DNA from: Parachlamydiales bacterium
GTDB lineage: Bacteria > Chlamydiota > Chlamydiia > Chlamydiales > SM23-39
DNA length: 64,000 nucleotides
Reading direction: 5' to 3'
Assembly (NCBI GenBank): GCA_016931275.1
Contig: JAFGFA010000003.1
Span: forward strand, 69,026-133,025
Shown here: in pieces, positions 9,941 through 18,196 of the stretch
Layout: the number at the start of each line of letters is the position of its first letter
Numbering within the stretch: position 1 is the stretch's first letter
The notes under the pieces: model-generated
Seen by the model: the letters and a program-made list of their open reading frames with translations, nothing else
Databases searched by the model: none
Told to the model about the DNA's origin: nothing
Position numbers and translations under genes: made by a program

Positions 9941-10018
9941 GATTTTCTCCTTAGAGCCTTTCTTGCCTGGAGATAAAGATCCGCTTTAAAAAGCTTCAAA
10001 TATATTATTATTAGTCAG

Positions 10019-10240
10019 AGGATATTATTTTGGAGAGGCAACTTCATCAGTGTTAGAGGACATCTCAGAAAAAGCTCCGTGAAAACACCTTCAAGGACAC
10101 AAAAGACCCTGCCTCCGGCTCAAGTGCTTTGGAAATATCGAACAAGCATTGTAAGAAGGTGCTCTTAGTAGAAATTTCTGATACCAATGAGTACCTAACC
10201 ACTAATCTTTTGAAGGCTTTTCCATAATAAGCTCCATCAC
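10019..10240 (+). pseudogene. Decayed internal fragment of an MFS transporter gene paralogous to 11624-12859
   Basis: 10019-10222 aligns by eye with 12147-12355. The core 10088-10153 is identical to 12208-12273 apart from a single g/a difference (ccttcaaggacacaaaagaccctgcctccggctcaagt[g/a]ctttggaaatatcgaacaagcattgtaa). In the transporter frame it reads RILFW.G....LRKSS...PSRTQKTLPPAQVLWKYRTSIV and then hits several stops. No start or remaining TM segments are present. Confidence 0.8.
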
Positions 10241-10296
10241 AATTACGGTTATCGCTAAGAAAACTCGGAAATCTATAAAAGATTTTTTGAATCGCT

Positions 10297-10869
10297 TTAT
10301 CTGACAACTTTTAGTTTAAACCAAGCAAAGCAAGTACTTATCAGGGCAATAATTGAGATTCCAATTGCCAAAGCCTTTCTTGAACAAGAACCTTCATCCG
10401 TTGTAAACAGACGGACAAAATTCCTCTTCAATCGACTAGCATTGACAGAACAGCAGAATATAAAATTCTCTGCTTTTCTACTTGCAAGATTATCCCAGTA
10501 AAACTCTGCACCGGAAGGACGAGCAAAATGCTGATGCCATACGAGATGATCCCAAATTTCTTCTTCTTCTAGAACTCTCGCTGCCGCTTCGGTTCTTAGA
10601 TAATTTATTGCTGCGGGTGTCTGAGGGCGGTTTCGGGCCTCTTCTTGCATCCATAAGACACTACGTTGTAAAAAGTAGCCTTTTCTCCGACCGTCTATAG
10701 CGTTGAGAATGTCTATTTTTTCTTCTCGGTTTTCTTCTTGTGTGGCCGCCCATTCCGCCTGTAACCAAAGATCTCCCAAACAGTGATAGTGTTGTATATT
10801 GGTGGTGAGTTCATCGCGCGCACTCACTCCTCTTCGTAATTCCAAATTATATGTTTTCCGCATGCGCAA
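10297..10869 (-). CDS. Hypothetical protein with a C-terminal transmembrane anchor
   Basis: 190-aa ORF with a TTG start and locally GC-richer sequence. C-terminal hydrophobic segment ALAIGISIIALISTCFAWF. No family recognised. A 36-codon ORF (ATG at about 10962) ends in a different frame just upstream, so it may be frameshifted. Confidence 0.35.
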   Translation of the reverse strand: MRMRKTYNLELRRGVSARDELTTNIQHYHCLGDLWLQAEWAATQEENREEKIDILNAIDGRRKGYFLQRSVLWMQEEARNRPQTPAAINYLRTEAAARVLEEEEIWDHLVWHQHFARPSGAEFYWDNLASRKAENFIFCCSVNASRLKRNFVRLFTTDEGSCSRKALAIGISIIALISTCFAWFKLKVVR

Positions 10870-11550
10870 TTAATTCTTCTTGCGATCTTTGATCTCTGAA
10901 AAAATCAAAAAATATAGGATTGGCTCCTATTACAAAATTTATTGCTGAACTGGCTACAGACATGTTTATCCTCTTTTAAAGATCTCTATGTTATCACATC
11001 GATAATAAAAACCCTATTTTTTTTCATTCTACCGGGGATCTAGCTTTCTAAATATTTTATTTGATACACTAATACTCCTTAAAACAACTTTAGGAGCACA
11101 ATATATCTCAAAAACACTTTCAATGTCTTTCAAATGAGCAATAGAATTTGATCCAGTCTTTCATGGCTTGAAAACCTCCTTTGCAAAGAGGAACTTCTCA
11201 CACAGATTTTAGAAAAATTGGAATTCTATTTTTTATGTTTTATCTCATGGATGTCGGCGGAGTGATATCCCTATAGCTACGCATTATGCTCATAGAGCTA
11301 CAGCACATAGATGGTTGATGATACAGGAAAAGAGTATTGGATCGAGTGCTTAGTCTTCTATTACAAAGAGCCCTGAATGCGAAGAAAGTAGATCCTTCTT
11401 CTCTTTTGGTAGATAGATCTTTTTTCCTCTGCGCCTGGTCGCTTGTTCCTGTATACTCCTCAATAATACTGTATTATTGTACCATTAAAATTTACTGTTT
11501 TCAATTTTGCATCCCCTCAAAAATTCTGATTCGTGATAAAATCTTCTTTT

Positions 11551-11623
11551 ACCTATCAGGGGTGCCTGTTTGGGCTGAGATGATACCCTCACAACTTGAT
11601 CCGGATCATACCGGCGAAAGGAG
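11551..11623 (+). promoter_or_regulatory. TPP (thiamine pyrophosphate) riboswitch / THI element
   Basis: caGGGGTGCCtgtttGGGCTGAGAtgaTACCCtcacaACTTGATCCGGATCATACCGGCGAAAGGAGatg matches the conserved THI-box cores (GGGGUGC, CUGAGA, ACCC, CCUGAUCYGGAUAAURCCRGCGNAGGGA). The AGGAG Shine-Dalgarno of the downstream gene lies inside the 3' conserved segment. Confidence 0.85.
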
Positions 11624-12859
11624 ATGTTTACGCGAAAAAACAATATTCTGATCGTACTGATCGGAAATCTCTTATATCATTTTGATCGAGCCTTATTTGA
11701 TCTGCTTATTCCCTTTCTTGTTCCCGTCTTTTTTCCACAACAAGACCCTGTTTACGCTCTTATTTACCTGTATGCAATAGGTCCTTTGAGCCTTTTTATC
11801 AAACCTCTTGGGGCTCTTATATTCGGACATTTTGGAGATCGATTAGGAACAAAAAAAATCCTGTCCATTACATTACTGGGGATGGCGATCCACACAGGGA
11901 TGATGGGCTTTTTGCCTACCTATGCCCAAGCGGGACTATTTTCCCCCTTGTTACTTGCACTTACCCGTCTGATGATCAGTTTTTTTTCTTCTGGAGAGAC
12001 AACGGGAGGGGCGATCACATTATTTGAGAACACCTCTCCAGCAAAAAGAAATCTGATTAGCTCTTTATATGATGCCTCCGGAGTTTTAGGGATCCTTATC
12101 GCTTCTTTTTCTGTGTGGATATTACATTCCACTTTGGATTTCTGGAGGATATTATTTTGGAGCGGCAGCATCATCGGAGCTATTGGATGGTATCTCAGAA
12201 AAAGTTCTCTTGAAGAACCTTCAAGGACACAAAAGACCCTGCCTCCGGCTCAAGTACTTTGGAAATATCGAACAAGCATTGTAAAAATAATGCTTCTCGC
12301 AGGATTTTCTTATGCCAATTACTACCTCACCACCAATTTTATGAACGGCTTTTTACACATTATCAGTTCTATTACAAAAGAAAAAGCTATTGGATTAAAT
12401 AGTGCTTTATTAGCCTTCGATTTACTTCTTTTACCTTTATTTGGAATATTAAGCTTAAAAATACGCAAAGAAACGCTAATGATCCTCTCCATTTTGGGGA
12501 TTATTTTCTGTGGCTGCCCTCTATTTTTTTTACTGAAAGACACGACCCTTTTTAAAGCTTCTTTTCTTAGAATTCTTCTGATGGTTTTCGGAGTGATTTT
12601 AGCGGCGCCCTATCATGCTTGGGTATATGAAAAAACTCCCGAGAATCATCGATATTTACTAGGAGCTTTTAGTACCGCTATGGGAGGAAGAATAGGATCG
12701 TTTATTCTCCCGATGGGTCTTTGGTTATATCATAAAACCAACCTAACGGCTGCGCCGATTTTCCCTTTAATTGTCCTTGGATTTTTTTCACTTATCGCTA
12801 TTGGACAGAAAGAATCGATCAAAGCCAAACAACCCTTGCTAGACTATCCAGAGCCATAG
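11624..12859 (+). CDS. MFS transporter controlled by the TPP riboswitch (candidate thiamine / thiamine-precursor transporter)
   Basis: About 12 hydrophobic segments. MFS motif A GHFGDRLGTKK after TM2. N-terminus resembles metabolite:H+ symporter-type MFS (LLYHFDRALFDLLIPFL). The start codon immediately follows the riboswitch. Confidence 0.8.
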   Translation: MFTRKNNILIVLIGNLLYHFDRALFDLLIPFLVPVFFPQQDPVYALIYLYAIGPLSLFIKPLGALIFGHFGDRLGTKKILSITLLGMAIHTGMMGFLPTYAQAGLFSPLLLALTRLMISFFSSGETTGGAITLFENTSPAKRNLISSLYDASGVLGILIASFSVWILHSTLDFWRILFWSGSIIGAIGWYLRKSSLEEPSRTQKTLPPAQVLWKYRTSIVKIMLLAGFSYANYYLTTNFMNGFLHIISSITKEKAIGLNSALLAFDLLLLPLFGILSLKIRKETLMILSILGIIFCGCPLFFLLKDTTLFKASFLRILLMVFGVILAAPYHAWVYEKTPENHRYLLGAFSTAMGGRIGSFILPMGLWLYHKTNLTAAPIFPLIVLGFFSLIAIGQKESIKAKQPLLDYPEP

Positions 12860-13075
12860 AATTTTCTTTTCTCAATATTCTGTTTTTGATCTCTGACGGC
12901 GTAAAAACCATTCCTTTAGGGTTGGGACACCGGCGCCTTGTGTTAAATTCCATAGCATAGTATTCTTTCTGTATCGCCCTAGGAATGTATGGCGCGGGTA
13001 TCCAATCCCGGAAGTTCTTGCTTTTAAGCGAGGGAACATTCCCGGATTAGACCATTAACAACTTAAAGAAATATT

Positions 13076-15430
13076 ATGCGTGTTCCTCTTTCTCTTTTAA
13101 AAAAATATATCGATGTCGATCTTCCTATTGCCAAACTTACAGAGCTTTTAACACTTACGGGATTAGAAGTAGAAAGCGTAGAGAATCAAGTGCCTCCTTT
13201 TGATCATGTCGTAGTGGGAAAAGTTGAAACGGTCAACAAACATCCTAATGCTGATTCTCTAGTCATAGCTTCCGTCAACGACGGAAAGGAAACGGTACAG
13301 GTAGTCTGCGGAGCTCCCAATTGTAGAGAAGGGTTGTTGACAGCCTTTGCAAAAATAGGGGCTCATCTTACGGAAGAGGGAAAAACGATCACCATTAAAA
13401 AATCCAAGCTTCGAGGGATAGAATCTTTTGGCATGCTTCTTTCGGAAAAAGAGCTTTCTCTCTCCGAGAATCACGAAGGCATCCTCGAGCTCCCTTCCTC
13501 TTTTACTGTAGGATCCGATCTCTCCGTATTAGCGGATCCGGTACTGTTATTGTCTCTTACTCCCAACTTGGGGCATTGCTACAGTATTATTGGAGTCGCA
13601 AGAGAACTAGCCGCCCAGTTAAACAAAAAGATCTCTTATCCCGAAATATCTTTTGAGGAAGGATCTACTCCTATAGAATCAAAAATTTCCGTCTCCGTTC
13701 TTTGTCCGAATGTCGTTCCCAGATATGCATTACGCCTCCTAGAAGGCATTGAAATGGTACCGTCTCCATTTTGGTTGAAAAAAGCTCTTTTGGCCTATGG
13801 GATGCGTCCTATCAATGTTATTGTCGACGTTCTTAATTTTACCATGATCGAGATGGGGCAACCTTTACATGGATTCGATTATGATACTTTGGAAGAAAAA
13901 AAAATCGAAATACAACAACTATCTTCTCCCCTAGAAATGTTGGCCTTAGATCATGAGACCAAAATCTGTCCTTCTTCTTCGATCGTGATTTCCAATCATC
14001 AAAAGGCTATTGCTCTAGGAGGAATCATAGGGGAAATGCATTCTTCTATAAAAACCTCTACAAAAAACGTTTTGATCGAATCGGCTATTTTTGACCCTTT
14101 GATCATTCGCAAAACTTCTTCTGCCCTTATGCTCCGCACGGAAAGTAGTATGCGGTTTGAAAAAGGATGTGATAGGGGCAATGTAATTACAGCTCTGAAT
14201 CGCGCCTGCAGCCTTATTCAAAGACTTTGTGGAGGAAAAATCGCTAAAGGAGCGATTGATACACAATCAGAAAAGATCACTCCAAGAATCATTCCATTAC
14301 GTCCTCAAAGAGCCAATTCCATTCTAGGAACGAAGATAAGTCTCAACGAAATGATCTCTTTGTTACAAAGACTTGATTTCGAACCTGAAGAAAAACAAAG
14401 CATGCTAGAAGTAACCATACCGACCTTCCGAAATGACATTCACAGTGAAATTGATCTGATCGAAGAAGTTGGAAGGTTATATGGGTATAACTCCATAGAA
14501 AAAAAATCTCCCTATTTCACGATCTCTCATTGCAATCATTCTCCGGTCTATGTCATGGAACGAAAAATGAAAAACGTTTTGATGATGGAAGGATTACAGG
14601 AATGGATCACACCCGATTTAATCAGTCCAAAAATGGCGACAACCGAAAAATCCTCCATCATTTCTGTGCAACATACCAAATCGATAGAACATTCTATCCT
14701 TCGGTCTTCTTATCTCTCCTCTTTTCTCGAGATTATTCGATATAATACCGATCATCAAAATGAAGAAATGATGGGATTTGAAATCGGAAGGCTTCACTTT
14801 GATCAAGAAGGAACCATCATTGAAAAGCCTGCTATGGGCATGATTCTTACCGGAAATGAAACACCCAAACACTGGTCCGCCAAAGAACGTCCGATCGATT
14901 TTTACACGATCAAGGGCATCGTAGAAAATCTGATGATCCGATTTTCTCAAAAAGTGTCTTTTCATCCTTCTGCTCATTCTTCACTCCATCCTTCAAGACA
15001 AGCTGCGATTCTCCTAGAAGGAAAAGAGATCGGTATTGTCGGAGAAGTTCATCCCTTGTTAGTTCAAGAATGGGAGATAAAAAACCGCGTTCTTTTCTTT
15101 GCGGAACTCGATACGACTTCTTTGATTTCTCCAAAAGAAAAACAATACCTCCCCTATGCTCTTTATCCCTTTTCTTCTAGAGACTGGACTCTCTCTTTGA
15201 AAAAAACGTTCCCTTATGAACAACTATCTTCGCTCATTGAAAAAAATCGTCCTTTGCTCCTTGAAGATTTTTATCTTTTGGATATTTATCGTGATCCTGC
15301 TCATTCGGAAATGCATAATATGACCATACGCTTCATCTATCGAGATACAAACAAAACGGTTTCTTACGACGAGGTGGAAAGGAATCATCAGAAAATCTTA
15401 CAAAAAGTTTCCAAAAATCTTTTCCAATAG
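13076..15430 (+). CDS. pheT: Phenylalanine--tRNA ligase beta subunit
   Basis: MRVPLSLLKKYIDVDL start, tRNA-binding OB domain VVVGKVETVNKHPNADSLVIASVNDG...VVCGAPN, and B3/4 and B5 regions, at the typical 784 aa. Confidence 0.95.
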   Translation: MRVPLSLLKKYIDVDLPIAKLTELLTLTGLEVESVENQVPPFDHVVVGKVETVNKHPNADSLVIASVNDGKETVQVVCGAPNCREGLLTAFAKIGAHLTEEGKTITIKKSKLRGIESFGMLLSEKELSLSENHEGILELPSSFTVGSDLSVLADPVLLLSLTPNLGHCYSIIGVARELAAQLNKKISYPEISFEEGSTPIESKISVSVLCPNVVPRYALRLLEGIEMVPSPFWLKKALLAYGMRPINVIVDVLNFTMIEMGQPLHGFDYDTLEEKKIEIQQLSSPLEMLALDHETKICPSSSIVISNHQKAIALGGIIGEMHSSIKTSTKNVLIESAIFDPLIIRKTSSALMLRTESSMRFEKGCDRGNVITALNRACSLIQRLCGGKIAKGAIDTQSEKITPRIIPLRPQRANSILGTKISLNEMISLLQRLDFEPEEKQSMLEVTIPTFRNDIHSEIDLIEEVGRLYGYNSIEKKSPYFTISHCNHSPVYVMERKMKNVLMMEGLQEWITPDLISPKMATTEKSSIISVQHTKSIEHSILRSSYLSSFLEIIRYNTDHQNEEMMGFEIGRLHFDQEGTIIEKPAMGMILTGNETPKHWSAKERPIDFYTIKGIVENLMIRFSQKVSFHPSAHSSLHPSRQAAILLEGKEIGIVGEVHPLLVQEWEIKNRVLFFAELDTTSLISPKEKQYLPYALYPFSSRDWTLSLKKTFPYEQLSSLIEKNRPLLLEDFYLLDIYRDPAHSEMHNMTIRFIYRDTNKTVSYDEVERNHQKILQKVSKNLFQ

Positions 15431-15474
15431 AAAGAAAAAACATATAATAATGCCGATGAATCAACCGGAGGTTC

Positions 15475-16482
15475 ATGATGAAAAATTTACGCTGGATTCT
15501 AATAGGAATAACAGCAATTACTCTTATTGGATGCAATAAGAACGAAAATGATTCGAATGTGGTTGCTCAACGTTTTGTTCACAAATATGGTTTTGAATTA
15601 TCTCCTAATGAATGGAAAGAACGACAAGAAGATGGTCAGATCATCACCCAATTAGACAATGGCGTCACAGTAACAAGCAGCTATGTCCATGGGGTTCTCA
15701 ATGGAACGACCACCTATTCTTATCCAAACTCTACTCTTATTGAACGTTTGGCAGAATACGATGATGGTACTCTGCTAAAAACAGTCCTCTATGACATGTC
15801 TGGCATTCCTTATCGAGAAGAAGTATATGAATTTGACAACAAAAGGGTCATTTCAACCTGGGATGAAAAAGGGATTCCTCAATCTATTGAAGAATATCAT
15901 GGAAACATGCTCATGAAAGGAGACTATTTTACTTCGAATAATGAACAGGAAGCCAAGGTAGAGGAAGGAGCCGGAACGCGGATTCAAAGAAACCGTCAAG
16001 GACTCCTTTTATCCAAGGACACTATAGCAAATGGAGAACTGGTTCAACGAACATCTTTCCACCCTAATGGACAGGTCCATTCCACTTCTTCCTTCAAAAA
16101 CTATGCTCTTCATGGGAAACAGGTTTCTTTCTCTCCAGAAGGATCTATTCTTTTAGAAATCGACTGGAACAATGGCCTGATCGATGGAAAGGAGATCCAT
16201 TATTTAAAGGGAACAAAAATACAAGAAGTTCCTTATATAATGGGTAAAAAGCAGGGCATGGAAATGCAATATAACCCGCAGGGAAAAATTCTGGCCCAAA
16301 TTCAATGGGACAACGATATGCGTCATGGAAGCTCTCGTTTTTATGATGATGAGGTAACCTCTATTGAATGGTATTACCAAGATGAAAACGTAGGCTTTAA
16401 AAAATTTCAGATGATGGAATTACGTGATAAGCTTATGGCAGAACTGGAAAAAGCTCCCTCTTCTCCTCGTATTCATCAATAA
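15475..16482 (+). CDS. Lipoprotein with MORN-variant (YwqK-like) repeats
   Basis: Lipobox ITLIGC near the N-terminus. Repeated G-x-hydrophobic-x-Y/F-x-x-G units (HGKQVSFSPEGSILLEIDWNNGLIDGKEIHY..GKKQGMEMQYNPQGKILAQIQWDNDMRHGSSRFY). Confidence 0.6.
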   Translation: MMKNLRWILIGITAITLIGCNKNENDSNVVAQRFVHKYGFELSPNEWKERQEDGQIITQLDNGVTVTSSYVHGVLNGTTTYSYPNSTLIERLAEYDDGTLLKTVLYDMSGIPYREEVYEFDNKRVISTWDEKGIPQSIEEYHGNMLMKGDYFTSNNEQEAKVEEGAGTRIQRNRQGLLLSKDTIANGELVQRTSFHPNGQVHSTSSFKNYALHGKQVSFSPEGSILLEIDWNNGLIDGKEIHYLKGTKIQEVPYIMGKKQGMEMQYNPQGKILAQIQWDNDMRHGSSRFYDDEVTSIEWYYQDENVGFKKFQMMELRDKLMAELEKAPSSPRIHQ

Positions 16483-16488
16483 AAAAAA

Positions 16489-16528
16489 AGATCCCCAAGA
16501 GACTATTTTCTCCGGGGATCTTTTTTAT
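16489..16528. terminator. Rho-independent terminator shared by the convergent genes
   Basis: agatcccc(16489-16496)/ggggatct(16514-16521), a perfect 8-bp stem with an A-run before it and a T-run after it. Confidence 0.7.
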
Positions 16529-16553
16529 TCGATCGTTTTTAATAAAAAGTTAA

Positions 16554-17024
16554 TTAATATGTCTCATCTTGATCTTCCTGATCAGAAGAATCTTGATCTT
16601 GATTAGGCTCATCTTGATCTTCCTGATCAGAAGAATCTTGGTCTTGATCTTGATTAGGCTTCTCGCTCTTTGGAGACTCTTCTGCATCCTCTGAAGAATT
16701 CATCTCTTTTTTATATTCATCCATTTGTTTTTGCATTTCTTCTTTTTGACTTTGCATCATGTCGCTATCTTCATCAGCGCCATTTACATCCTCATCTGAT
16801 GGTTCTTCATCTTGTACTGCTTTTGTTTCATCAGTTTGAGGTGTTTTATCCAAAGTATTTTGATTCTCATCTTGTTGAATATTTTTATCTTGAGATTGAG
16901 AATTCTGTTGGATGATCTTTTCTTGTTTTTTCTCATCATTATTCTTTGAAGAGGGGCTTGATTCTTTTGAACATCCGAAAGTTGTCAACAAAAGAGCTGC
17001 TAGAGCCATAATTTTTTGTCCCAT
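16554..17024 (-). CDS. Highly acidic low-complexity lipoprotein with a tandem-repeat C-terminus
   Basis: Lipobox LLTTFGC. D/E/Q/S-rich sequence. C-terminus DQDQDSSDQEDQDEPNQDQDSSDQEDQDETY is encoded by the tandem DNA repeat. Confidence 0.6.
   Translation of the reverse strand: MGQKIMALAALLLTTFGCSKESSPSSKNNDEKKQEKIIQQNSQSQDKNIQQDENQNTLDKTPQTDETKAVQDEEPSDEDVNGADEDSDMMQSQKEEMQKQMDEYKKEMNSSEDAEESPKSEKPNQDQDQDSSDQEDQDEPNQDQDSSDQEDQDETY
16563..16658. repeat. Two-copy in-frame tandem repeat (45 nt + 51 nt) inside the acidic lipoprotein gene
   Basis: ctcatcttgatcttcctgatcagaagaatcttgatcttgattagg (16563-16607) repeats at 16608-16658 with a 6-nt insertion. Confidence 0.85.
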
Positions 17025-17102
17025 AATTTCACTCCTTTTTCTCTACTATTTATAGTTGAAGAGTACTCGCACAATTTATTGAAATCAACAGAAAAAGGGA
17101 GT

Positions 17103-17118
17103 TGGCACACTTTATGCA
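17103..17118 (+). promoter_or_regulatory. Candidate sigma-54 (RpoN) promoter
   Basis: TGGCACactttATGCA versus the consensus TGGCAC-N5-TTGCW: correct -24 GG / -12 GC spacing and one mismatch. It lies about 32 nt upstream of the ATG at 17150. Confidence 0.5.
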
Positions 17119-17149
17119 TCATACTTTTAAGTGAAAAAGGAGTATTAAA

Positions 17150-17335
17150 ATGAAAAAAACAGAATTATTAAAAAAAATAGCTAAATTAGAAACAATTAAT
17201 GACCAGTTAATTTCAGAACTAGAATCTCTAGACCATCTTACCCGCCAGCTCGGATTTTCCGAGGGGATAAAATCTCTAAAAGAAGCCGGCATCGAATTAT
17301 TACAAGACCTGGACGAAGAAGGACAGACAGGATAA
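17150..17335 (+). CDS. Small (61 aa) coiled-coil hypothetical protein
   Basis: Strong SD (aaaggag, 7-nt spacer). Heptad-like helical sequence LLKKIAKLETINDQLISELESLDHL. Sits downstream of the sigma-54-type promoter. Confidence 0.5.
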   Translation: MKKTELLKKIAKLETINDQLISELESLDHLTRQLGFSEGIKSLKEAGIELLQDLDEEGQTG

Positions 17336-17446
17336 GCATAAAGGGAAAAAATTACCTGCTCTTAGGGTAAAATTGTCCCTCTTAGCACAAAAAGTCTTCT
17401 CAAAAGCAAAACTAAAAGATACAATTTTTCTAAAATTCGGAATATT

Positions 17447-18091
17447 GTGTCACAAAGACTTTTTTTTTCCAGGTTACGCGCATTATGGTATCTTTCTCGC
17501 CAAGATAAACAGCATATTCTTCTATCCTATTTTCTAAAACATCCCTTTAAACATGGAAAAAATTTACTTCTATCTCTGATTAAAAAAAATCCTTACCGAA
17601 ACAAGGGCGATCCTTACTACTTCGGTCTTCGTGACGACCAAGACTGGACCTTTACAAAAAACTCCAACAATACCCATCTCTTAGTAGGCTTCCCCTATTG
17701 CATGAGACCTCTTGATTGTCCCGCAAAACGCTTTTCTTCGCAATGTTTGTGCAGATCTTCTTTTCCCTGTAATACCTGCCTCATCAAACATTCCCGACAG
17801 AATAGCAATGCCGAAATTTTGATCATTCCAACACTTTACGAGATCGCGAAAAAAATCGTTCTCTTTCGCAAGCAATATCCCCATAAAGAGCTCCTTTTTT
17901 TGATTATTTCCTGTCCTATGACCATTCATTTTTGCGCCGATCTTGCCAATATGATCGAGCTAAAAGGGGTAGCGCTCCCTTTAGAAGGGGATCTATGTAA
18001 AAACTTTTTGACTTTTCTCTCTGCTGAAAAAGGAATAAAAAAGAAACAAACATCTTTCAATCAAGAACTTATATCCCGTTTTCTTCGTTAA
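17447..18091 (+). CDS. Cys-rich hypothetical protein (possibly DUF116-like)
   Basis: GTG start. Cluster CMRPLDCPAKRFSSQCLCRSSFPCNTCLIKH. The family assignment is from memory only. Confidence 0.4.
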   Translation: MSQRLFFSRLRALWYLSRQDKQHILLSYFLKHPFKHGKNLLLSLIKKNPYRNKGDPYYFGLRDDQDWTFTKNSNNTHLLVGFPYCMRPLDCPAKRFSSQCLCRSSFPCNTCLIKHSRQNSNAEILIIPTLYEIAKKIVLFRKQYPHKELLFLIISCPMTIHFCADLANMIELKGVALPLEGDLCKNFLTFLSAEKGIKKKQTSFNQELISRFLR

Positions 18092-18196
18092 ATCCATCTG
18101 TTCACAACTTTTTATCCATTATTATTTATTCTCTTTTAAAAATTCTCTTTTCATTTTAAAAATAGCTAAAAAACAGTATAATTTTTCTATTATTCC

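Noticed and set aside
10065-10307. 80-aa minus-strand ORF
   Set aside because: It lies antisense to the decayed MFS fragment (10019-10240), so the open frame is most simply a by-product of that relic.
11337-11651. 104-aa ORF running through the TPP riboswitch into the transporter start
   Set aside because: Its 3' third is the conserved riboswitch aptamer. The rest is a low-complexity hydrophobic translation of an AT-rich spacer with no SD.
12920-12945. T-box-like string (tAGGGTTGGGACACCGGCGcc) upstream of pheT, an aminoacyl-tRNA synthetase gene
   Set aside because: The match to AGGGUGGNACCGCG is only approximate. It sits at the 5' rather than the 3' end of the leader. There is no room upstream for Stem I and a specifier loop (only about 65 nt after the preceding stop). 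No terminator or antiterminator alternative is visible. I kept only the neutral 'structured leader' observation.
16563-16658. Tandem repeat considered as a possible CRISPR or other non-coding repeat array
   Set aside because: There are only two copies, directly adjacent with no spacers, in frame inside a coding sequence. It is a coding low-complexity duplication.
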